Below, in pieces: positions 19,456 to 26,459 of a stretch of DNA of 48,594 nucleotides; position 1 is the first letter of the stretch, and every line of letters begins with the position of its first letter. Below the pieces are notes generated by a model. It saw nothing but the letters and a program-made list of their open reading frames with translations, was not told the DNA's origin and made no database searches. The stretch is from a virus. Its lineage: Duplodnaviria; Caudoviricetes. The position numbers and the translations under genes are program-made. Location: the IMG/VR virus record IMGVR_UViG_3300010362_000026, positions 1 to 48,594 of that record. The stretch is one strand, 5' to 3'.

Positions 19456-19750
19456 CCTTCACCCTCCCTACCTGTACGTAAACGGTGGATGTCGTCTCGT
19501 GGCCGACACAGGGCCAGAAGCCGAACAACTTGCGCTCATCCGCCAGTTCGCTTTGATCGGAACGGGCATTCGGCACGCTCTGCCGGTCGTTGGTCTTGAC
19601 ATGCCGCGTGTCGAGTTGCGGGTGACTTTCGTCATAGCAGTAGCGGCAGACCAGCCGTCCGGTCCCGCGCCCCAGCACATACTCTTCCCTGAGATCATGA
19701 AGTGCATAACGGAGTGAGCATCTATCGCACAGCCCCGGTACCGGCTTCAT
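19442..19750 (-). CDS. Small Zn-binding hypothetical protein
   Basis: CDRC...VCRYC.D..HPQL. Confidence 0.65.
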   Translation of the reverse strand: MKPVPGLCDRCSLRYALHDLREEYVLGRGTGRLVCRYCYDESHPQLDTRHVKTNDRQSVPNARSDQSELADERKLFGFWPCVGHETTSTVYVQVGRVKVELG

Positions 19751-20430
19751 CGGCTATAGCTCGACAGATCGGGGACCATGAAGAACGAGGCGCGATCCCG
19801 ATCTTCCTCGGCCGCCAGCATGAACTGCCGCTCGTATTCCTGCTGCAGGAGCGGAATGCGCTCAGCTGCCGCAGGCGACTTCAGCGCCAGATGGTAGGCC
19901 AGACCGGAAACCAGCGCCGGAAGAAACCGGTTGGGAACGTCGAGCGTGTTCGTGTAAGCGCCGACATCCTCCATGATGCGTAGTCCCCATCCACCGAAAG
20001 TCCCGTCTTCGCTGGGGACCGGCCACAGATAGCAGACGGGGTTCGGCTGCAGGCGGTTGATGTAGAACTGCGAAGGCGAGCCCTGCATGTTCTTGTTGGT
20101 CACCTGTGCCCACTGGCTGACCGAATAGCGCGACAGGCCAATGTCCTGCTGTGCCGTACCCTCGCCAGTACGCCAGAACACGTCGAGCAGATCGATGACC
20201 TTGAACGGCAGCGTCACGGAAGAGGCATTGGCAGGCCACGGCACCGTGAACTCGTTGAGGGTCCACATGTTGAGGCCACGGTTTCCCCATTCGCGCATCA
20301 AAAGATTGAGGGAACGCCGCGCCGACCTGAGATCGTAGCCGCCGCGCACCTCCATCCCGACCATCTCATAGGCTTCCTCAACAAGGTCGAGGGTGTCGAG
20401 ATCGAAGGTGAACGCGCCGGATGTCGTCAT
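19747..20430 (-). CDS. Putative tail tubular protein A / head-tail connector
   Basis: MTTSG..F.LD...VEEAYE..G...GYDLRSARRSLNLL..EW.NRGLN.W...RFLP.LV.GLAY...A.EEDR. Confidence 0.65.
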   Translation of the reverse strand: MTTSGAFTFDLDTLDLVEEAYEMVGMEVRGGYDLRSARRSLNLLMREWGNRGLNMWTLNEFTVPWPANASSVTLPFKVIDLLDVFWRTGEGTAQQDIGLSRYSVSQWAQVTNKNMQGSPSQFYINRLQPNPVCYLWPVPSEDGTFGGWGLRIMEDVGAYTNTLDVPNRFLPALVSGLAYHLALKSPAAAERIPLLQQEYERQFMLAAEEDRDRASFFMVPDLSSYSR

Positions 20431-20675
20431 ATGATCCGCTTCCGCCTGCCGATACCGCCAGCGTGCGGCCCCATCCCCTTGGGCATGGCCGCCCTTGGCG
20501 GTGCCTGCGTCCCGAAATTGCCGAACGGCGTGGACATCGGATCGCCGAGCAGGCTTTCCTTCTTGATGTGACCACGCCCCGGAGGACCGGCATTGGTCAT
20601 TTCGGCGCTTTCTTCGGCAGGATTATCCGAAGGTTCGGATATCTCCTCCATGTCCATGCGCTTCGGCCGTTTCAT
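20427..20675 (-). CDS. Hypothetical protein
   Basis: GGAGG RBS; ATGA overlaps at both ends. Confidence 0.6.
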   Translation of the reverse strand: MKRPKRMDMEEISEPSDNPAEESAEMTNAGPPGRGHIKKESLLGDPMSTPFGNFGTQAPPRAAMPKGMGPHAGGIGRRKRII

Positions 20676-20809
20676 TTCTTGCCTCCCTTGGCCACACCCT
20701 TGATGGTGCCCTTGTTCTCGGATGCGTAGAAGACGCTCTTGCCCTTCTTCGCACCGTACTCCTTGATCATCGCGGTCTTGATCTTCTGGCCCTTCTTGGT
20801 CAGGGGCAT
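20672..20809 (-). CDS. Small Lys-rich protein, 45 aa (not in ORF track)
   Basis: AGGAGG RBS; MPLTKKGQKIKTAMIKEYGAKKGKSVFYASENKGTIKGVAKGGKK. Confidence 0.75.
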   Translation of the reverse strand: MPLTKKGQKIKTAMIKEYGAKKGKSVFYASENKGTIKGVAKGGKK

Positions 20810-20818
20810 GTCATCCTC

Positions 20819-22039
20819 CTAACTGGTTCTGGTGATCGCCGGACAGGTGCCGACTTCGGCAGCATCGCCATTGGTGGTCGATCCCAGCACCAGACCGAAA
20901 TAGACGATGCCGCCAACAGGAGCCGTGAAGTTGCATGTCACCGTGCCACTGGTGGTGGTCGTCGTCTCCGCATAGTCACCACTTGTCAGGTTGGCGTCGG
21001 CGCTGACACGGTAAGTGCCGGTCAGACCACCGGTCCCGACATAGTGGAAAAAGTCGATGCGATAGGTGCCGCCAGCAACGAGACTGGCCATCTTGCGCGC
21101 GATGCGCGGATTGCCCGCACCGTTGCGCGTGCAGCTGTATCTGGCTCCGCCGCTCGTCACAGCCATCGTGGTGTTAGTGCCAGCAACCCAGTCATCGATC
21201 AACGGCGCGACACCGGCAGTGATGAGCCCAGCCTCGTAATCATCGAAGGCAGGGTTCTGGTTTACGAAACCAGTCATGAAACCCTGTCTGGTCGAAGTCA
21301 GGCTGGCATCGTTGATCTGGCCGTAGACGGTGAGATTGCCGTTCCTATAGGTCCGGTAATTGCCGCCCTCCACCTCCGTCCGCATGATGTCGCTGAGCGC
21401 CATCGCAGAAGCACCTTGGTTGAGGTTGGTGTAAGAACCGCCAACATTGCGCCAGACTTCCAGTCCACCGGTTCCGGTATTGACGATGGTGCCGACGAAA
21501 TGGGCGTGATCGGTAAGACGGTTGCAGACAAACATGCCGGGGGATGCCGACAGGCTTTGCACGGAAACTTGGACGTAGTTGTTGGCCGAACCGAGATCAG
21601 GGCTCTGATAGGCGCACTGTTGAGATGTGGCCACGGCACCCAGCATGTTCGAACTGACGATGGCTGAACCAGCGGTGCCTGAAGTCTCGACCTGTGTCCA
21701 GTTGGCACTGGCTTCCAAGTTCTGATCGGCGCGGTTGAAATTGTCTTGGAAGACGACCGCACCGGTCGTGACCGTTACCGTGCCAGCGGAGACTGTCACC
21801 GCCTGACCGGTGACGCTGACGGAAGTGACGATACGGGCATTGACGGTCACGGTGCCAACCGCAGCCGTCATGGTGTTCCCGGTGACCGGCTGGCTGATGA
21901 AGGCGATTGCCGTGACGGTGACGCTGCCGACGCTCGCCACCAAGCCAAGACCTGACACGCCAACGAACTGCAGGCCGGATGCCCCGGCTTTCGGACTTCC
22001 GAAGGTGACCCCGGTACCGATGCCGAGGGCCAGAGGCAT
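20819..22039 (-). CDS. Putative head fibre with lectin-like domain
   Basis: N-terminal LALGIG, SVTGQ repeats and a FQDNFNRAD beta-sandwich; directly follows the spike-base-like gene. Confidence 0.55.
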   Translation of the reverse strand: MPLALGIGTGVTFGSPKAGASGLQFVGVSGLGLVASVGSVTVTAIAFISQPVTGNTMTAAVGTVTVNARIVTSVSVTGQAVTVSAGTVTVTTGAVVFQDNFNRADQNLEASANWTQVETSGTAGSAIVSSNMLGAVATSQQCAYQSPDLGSANNYVQVSVQSLSASPGMFVCNRLTDHAHFVGTIVNTGTGGLEVWRNVGGSYTNLNQGASAMALSDIMRTEVEGGNYRTYRNGNLTVYGQINDASLTSTRQGFMTGFVNQNPAFDDYEAGLITAGVAPLIDDWVAGTNTTMAVTSGGARYSCTRNGAGNPRIARKMASLVAGGTYRIDFFHYVGTGGLTGTYRVSADANLTSGDYAETTTTTSGTVTCNFTAPVGGIVYFGLVLGSTTNGDAAEVGTCPAITRTS

Positions 22040-22290
22040 CAGAACACCGCGACCATCAGTGTGGCTGTGGTGTTGGTGGCGTTGATGCGTTTCGGGCCTA
22101 TCGGCAGGAACGTGCCGCCCGCAACGCCAGTGAACGTCACCACGACATTGTCATCGCCGACAGCCGCGATGTTGCCGCTGCCACCGACGAAAAGACCCCG
22201 GCAACCAGCCGGGAGGTTCACGGTGTCTGATGTGGTGACCGCCTTCCACGAAAACGCGGGAGCGGCCTGATCCGCCGAATGGATGGGCAT
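22039..22290 (-). CDS. Head spike base protein (RcGTA Rcc01079-like)
   Basis: 83 aa; AVT.SD...RGLFVG.SGNI...VTF..V..GT.LPI...RI.AT.TTAT.MVA pattern. Confidence 0.65.
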   Translation of the reverse strand: MPIHSADQAAPAFSWKAVTTSDTVNLPAGCRGLFVGGSGNIAAVGDDNVVVTFTGVAGGTFLPIGPKRINATNTTATLMVAVF

Positions 22291-22299
22291 GATCGCTCC

Positions 22300-22560
22300 T
22301 TACGTCGCAGTCGTGACAGCCGTCCAACCGGTCGTGCCGTTGGTGTTGATGAAGGCACGGGTGGAGGAGGAGGAACCGGTGGTGTTGAGATAGAGCGAGC
22401 CCTGCGGCGCGGAAATGGTCGGCGTACCGGAGCCGAAATAGATGCCTATCCCGGTGCCGGAAAGCAGCGCGGTGGTGGAACCGCCAGCAACCGCTGTGCC
22501 GGTGGCTGTCTGGAAGCCCGCAGCCGACACGACGGGGCCTGAGAAATTGGTCGTACCCAT
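22300..22560 (-). CDS. Small capsid-associated protein
   Basis: MGTTNFSGPVVS N-terminus; GSGTPT.SAPQGSLYL. Confidence 0.7.
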   Translation of the reverse strand: MGTTNFSGPVVSAAGFQTATGTAVAGGSTTALLSGTGIGIYFGSGTPTISAPQGSLYLNTTGSSSSTRAFINTNGTTGWTAVTTAT

Positions 22561-22572
22561 GGGGGATCACCT

Positions 22573-22640
22573 TTCCATAGAAGGATTTGCCGCGCCGTCT
22601 CTATGGCGTCTGCCCAGCGCAGTCTGCGCGGCTTGGGATG
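22573..22640 (-). ncRNA. Structured element downstream of the gpT-like capsid gene; candidate Mu-gpT-DE RNA motif
   Basis: Stem GCCGCGC/GCGCGGC encloses GACUG..GCAGAC..GAGAC; CCAUAGA/UCUAUGG could form a pseudoknot. Location fits the motif's name; identity recalled, not searched. Confidence 0.5.
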
Positions 22641-22701
22641 CTGGGATAACTCCTGCCGTCTCTCCAAAAACAACAGGAGCCAAGGCATCACCTCCTTTGA
22701 C

Positions 22702-22741
22702 AAAAGAAAAGGGGCGGGCATTCGGGAGGTGGTCCCGCCCC
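22702..22741 (-). terminator. Intrinsic terminator after the major capsid gene
   Basis: GGGGCGGG-loop-CCCGCCCC followed by UUUUCUUUU. Confidence 0.75.
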
Positions 22742-22751
22742 CTCCAGCCTC

Positions 22752-23660
22752 TCACGCTCCGGGTGAGCCGTAGATTGCGAGAGGATCGGACCAGCCGAAC
22801 GAATAACGTTCCCTCGACTTGTAGCGATAGTTGCCGGTGTCAAAGTCGGTATCCATGCCGGTCTTGAGCGGCGCTCTCACAAAATGCTTGAGGCCGTTCG
22901 GGATGTCCGTGGTCAGAAACCAAGCGTCGGGGTCCGTCAGATAATGCATCACGCCGTAGCCTTCGGGGATCGCCCCGTTGGTGCGCAGCGCATTGATGTC
23001 ATTGTTGGCGGTATCGACGCGCAGTTCAGTCTGCAGGATGCGGGTCGCGATGAACTGATTGAAAGGCGCGATGATCAGTTTTCGCGGACGGGCCGCAATC
23101 AGCAGGCCACGCTCATCGGTCCACGCCGCGATATCGATGACGGCATTCTCCAGCGCGGTTTCGTTGATGTCGGTGGCGACAGCAGCGATGTTGGAGTTGA
23201 CGCCGCCCGATACGAGCGGATGGTTGTTGGCCAGCAGGGAGACGCCGTCGCCACCGGCAAACGTGCCGGTGAAGCCGTTGTTGAGAACGGCAGCGGCCTT
23301 GACCTGCTTGGTGTAGGCCATGCTTCTGGCCAGCGCCTTGGTGTACCGCGCCGAAAGCTGGTCATAGAGGTTATCCTCAATGGCCTCTTCAGTTATGGCA
23401 AAACCCATGGCGATGGTTTCGTGGGTGTACCGCGCCGTCCATGCTTCCTGCGCGGTGTCGTAGTTGATGCCTGCACCTTCAGTCTTGACCGGTGCGGCAC
23501 CGAACCCGCTGAGCTTCTGCTCTTCTTCGAAGGAGCGATCCGAATTCTCGACCGAGAACACCATGGTGTGCTCGTTCTCGTACTTGGCGTACTCCAAACC
23601 AAAGAGCTTGTTCAATCCGGGCAGCAACTCCTTGAAGAGTTGGGCTCTAGAGATAGCCAT
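22752..23660 (-). CDS. Major capsid protein (Mu gpT-like family)
   Basis: MAISRAQL.KELLPGLN.LFGLEY...SDRSFEEE.KLSGF...ARYTHETIA...DFDTGN.RYK.RERYSFG.SDP. Confidence 0.9.
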   Translation of the reverse strand: MAISRAQLFKELLPGLNKLFGLEYAKYENEHTMVFSVENSDRSFEEEQKLSGFGAAPVKTEGAGINYDTAQEAWTARYTHETIAMGFAITEEAIEDNLYDQLSARYTKALARSMAYTKQVKAAAVLNNGFTGTFAGGDGVSLLANNHPLVSGGVNSNIAAVATDINETALENAVIDIAAWTDERGLLIAARPRKLIIAPFNQFIATRILQTELRVDTANNDINALRTNGAIPEGYGVMHYLTDPDAWFLTTDIPNGLKHFVRAPLKTGMDTDFDTGNYRYKSRERYSFGWSDPLAIYGSPGA

Positions 23661-23675
23661 ATCTCAACTCCTCTC

Positions 23676-24260
23676 TTATGCCGCGCCGGTCGCAGAACGA
23701 TTCAGGTGCGTGTTCAGCCGGACGATCACGTCGGTGAAGGCATCACCAACGGCTGATCCGGGCCGACGCACGAAATCGATAATGCGCAGCGGGAAGGTTG
23801 CAGTATTGGCAACACCAGTGATGTTGAGGGCATTCTTGGAATTGCCGGTGGCGGTTGACCCAGCCGTCTGAACGATGTTGGCGTTCAGCTGCAGGGCCGT
23901 CTGTGCCAATGTGCCGGATGCCTGCATTTCGAACAGGATATCCGGGTCATCGATCACATACGCCCATGCCGTCGTGCCGGTCTTGATGACCGTCGAAGCG
24001 GGCCAGTACTGACGCTGGAACAGGCCAAGAGACGGGTCTTGGTATTCGCAGCCGACGAAAACCCCTACGGGACTGATGCCGGTTGTTCCAGTTTCCTTTT
24101 CACAGGTGCCGGTCGCAGCGACGATCTTCACCAAATCTCCGTTGAAGATCGAAGTCGCGTAGGCGGTCGTGATCGGATACTGCCTGATGCCGTGGCTGTC
24201 ATACCGCGAACCAAGCATCTGGACCGGACGCAGCCCGAAGGGAGCAGCAACTGCTGACAT
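23676..24260 (-). CDS. Putative capsid decoration/minor head protein
   Basis: APFGLRPV...YATSIFNGD.V...GVF.GC.Y...A.V.DDP; sits between scaffold and capsid genes. Confidence 0.65.
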   Translation of the reverse strand: MSAVAAPFGLRPVQMLGSRYDSHGIRQYPITTAYATSIFNGDLVKIVAATGTCEKETGTTGISPVGVFVGCEYQDPSLGLFQRQYWPASTVIKTGTTAWAYVIDDPDILFEMQASGTLAQTALQLNANIVQTAGSTATGNSKNALNITGVANTATFPLRIIDFVRRPGSAVGDAFTDVIVRLNTHLNRSATGAA

Positions 24261-24294
24261 CTCTACCTCCGAGTTGTGTGTTGATTAAGCCAAG

Positions 24295-24768
24295 CTATTC
24301 GCTGGGCTTGCCGGAACCAAAGGTCGTGCGCGTGCGCCGCTCTGGACGACTGAGTGGCATACGGGGATCGTTCTCGCGGAGGAAATTGTTGTCCACCGAA
24401 TTCATCTGGTCTGCGGCACGCCTTTCGTAATACTTGGTGCGGGCGGTCACATTTTCAGTTGCGGTCTTGCAGAGCAGAAGCCCGCCAACTTCCACGTTGC
24501 CGGGGAAGGTGGAGTTCCGATCTGAGATGATCTGTAGTTCTGGATGGTCTTCCGCCTTGACGGGCTCCCACCCCTCGCGGATGCGCGACGACACATTCTT
24601 GTTGTCGGGCGTTCCGAATACCGACGATCTGATCCATCGGAAGCTGTATCCCGGCTGCGGAATTGGTTGCGGCAGCAGGGACGTGGGTATGTAGCTGTCC
24701 GACTTGCGCTTGTCAGCCTCGCGGTTCTCGCCGTTCCTAGGTGTGCGTGAAGCTGTTTCGCTGGCCAT
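24295..24768 (-). CDS. Conserved head-module protein
   Basis: LP.P..GY.FRWIR...D..NVS.R.REGWEPV...VGGLLLCK...DNNF.RE.DPRMP. Confidence 0.75.
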   Translation of the reverse strand: MASETASRTPRNGENREADKRKSDSYIPTSLLPQPIPQPGYSFRWIRSSVFGTPDNKNVSSRIREGWEPVKAEDHPELQIISDRNSTFPGNVEVGGLLLCKTATENVTARTKYYERRAADQMNSVDNNFLRENDPRMPLSRPERRTRTTFGSGKPSE

Positions 24769-25777
24769 CTCGTTGATCCTGTTCTGCTACGACTTGCTGT
24801 GCGTACTGTTCGACGGTCAGCCCGAGACGCTTGGCGAGACGCGCCTGACTTTCCGTCAGCCTTACAGTACGGGGCTGAGCACTACCGGTGCGCTGCACTG
24901 CCCCTACCGGGGAGACAGATCGACGCTCCGGGCCGGATGCTGCGCCGCGAAAGCGATCCGGAAACCGCTTGCGCATTTCAGCGTTGAGCCGGGAGTAATA
25001 TTCCGGATTGTCCGGTAGCACCCCTTCGCGCTCGACCAGCTGCTTGTGGTAGCCAAGTGCGTAGCCTGTCATCGCGTCATCGCGACCGAACCATGAGTTC
25101 TTCTTCTGCCATGCCACCGCCTCCGGGTCCGGCTCGGCCTGCTGCGGCTGCGCCTGCGGCGGTGGCTGATTGAAGATGCGCTCGTCCTCGCGCGGCAAAT
25201 TCATCGGGCGATAGGACTGCGCCCGCTCCAGCTTGGCGACAGCGGAAGCGATCTGCTCCTGCGCGGCAATCATTGCCGTGGTGTCGCCAGCGTCGTGAGC
25301 GTCCTTGTAGGCCTGCTTGGCCTGTGCCAGCTGCGACTGCAGGCGACCGTTGTGCTCGCCCATGAGCACCTTCTCGCCGTTCTCGATGAACGCCTTCATC
25401 TGATTGTTCTCAGACATCAGGCGTCTGGCGAGGTTCACGGCCTCGTTACCCATGCGGTTGAGTTCGTCGGCACGCCGTCGCTCCGCATGGATGCGGGCGG
25501 TCATCTGGCCAATGCGCTTCTGCGCGCCCTTGGCGTAGCCTCTCACCTCGTCTTCGTTGGGAAGATCAGGCTCGCCATCGCGTTCATCGTCGGCAACCCA
25601 CTTGCCGCGATCCTCTTCCGGAGTGTCGTCGCCGATCTCGACGGAGAGGGTTTCATCCTTCTTCGGAGGGTTCACCTCCTGCGGCTCTGGCGGTTGCCAG
25701 CGCTCATGCTCCTTACCCTCGGCACCAGCCTCATCGTCTTCGATGAAGTCGTTGTCGAGCATACTGTTCTTCGCCAT
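24737..25777 (-). CDS. Capsid scaffolding protein
   Basis: Acidic N-terminus, coiled coil, W..KN.WFG.D..MT..A, C-terminal V.LT.SQ..LAKRLG...EQYA. Confidence 0.7.
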   Translation of the reverse strand: MAKNSMLDNDFIEDDEAGAEGKEHERWQPPEPQEVNPPKKDETLSVEIGDDTPEEDRGKWVADDERDGEPDLPNEDEVRGYAKGAQKRIGQMTARIHAERRRADELNRMGNEAVNLARRLMSENNQMKAFIENGEKVLMGEHNGRLQSQLAQAKQAYKDAHDAGDTTAMIAAQEQIASAVAKLERAQSYRPMNLPREDERIFNQPPPQAQPQQAEPDPEAVAWQKKNSWFGRDDAMTGYALGYHKQLVEREGVLPDNPEYYSRLNAEMRKRFPDRFRGAASGPERRSVSPVGAVQRTGSAQPRTVRLTESQARLAKRLGLTVEQYAQQVVAEQDQRDGQRNSFTHT

Positions 25778-26145
25778 CAGATGGCCCTTTCGATCTTGCG
25801 CGGATCATCCACGACAGCCTCGACGCTATCGTCATTGATCAAGCGGAATTCCTGATCCTCGATTTTGAGACGGGTGCCGGAATAGCTGCGGAAGATCACC
25901 CAGTCTCCGGACTTGCACCACGCGCCAGTCGGAAACTTGTTCTTGTCGGCATAGGCATCTGGACCCAAGCTGACAACAAAACCAAAGATACTTGCGACCT
26001 CTTCAAGCTTGCGAAGGCTGTCCGGCCGGATGATACCGCCTTCGGTTTTTTCCTCGACTGTCGGGATTGCGACGAGGATTTTATAGCCCTTCGGATCGGG
26101 TATGCACGAAGGGTCTTTCACTTCCTTGATTTCAGAAGCGTACAT
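25777..26145 (-). CDS. groES: Phage co-chaperonin GroES
   Basis: P.GYKILV...EEKTEGGII...V..LGPDAY...GDWV.F..YSGT...RLINDD.V.AV. Confidence 0.85.
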   Translation of the reverse strand: MYASEIKEVKDPSCIPDPKGYKILVAIPTVEEKTEGGIIRPDSLRKLEEVASIFGFVVSLGPDAYADKNKFPTGAWCKSGDWVIFRSYSGTRLKIEDQEFRLINDDSVEAVVDDPRKIERAI

Positions 26146-26162
26146 GCGCGTGGCACTCCACG

Positions 26163-26200
26163 AAAAAACCCCGCGCCGAAAATGGTGATTTCGGGCGGGG
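26163..26200 (-). terminator. Terminator-like hairpin in the groES leader
   Basis: CCCCGCCCGAAA...UUUCGGCGCGGGG followed by U6, about 17 nt before the ATG. Confidence 0.6.
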
Positions 26201-26247
26201 CCAGATAGGAGAAACTATCACAACACGGTGACAAGCCGTGTGAGCTT

Positions 26248-26277
26248 AAGATAAGCCAGTACTTGCAAACTCGTCAA
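26248..26277 (-). promoter_or_regulatory. Sigma70-like promoter upstream of groES
   Basis: TTGACG-18 nt-TATCTT, similar to the terL promoter including CAAGT in the spacer. Confidence 0.55.
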
Positions 26278-26459
26278 CCTTGCTCGTCCTGCTCATCATC
26301 CTCGAAAGCTCTTTTGGCCAAGTCGATGGCATGTTGATAGGCAGTCAACAACGCGACCTGTTCACGGTAAGATGTATAATCGGGACACTGGCCCTTGCCG
26401 ATTGCGTTTCGAATGGAGGCCATTTCCCGTTCGATCATGGTGATGAGATGGTCGAGCAC
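26274..26459 (-). CDS. Small conserved protein after portal
   Basis: 61 aa helical; G...DY..YRE.V motif. Confidence 0.7.
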   Translation of the reverse strand: MLDHLITMIEREMASIRNAIGKGQCPDYTSYREQVALLTAYQHAIDLAKRAFEDDEQDEQG

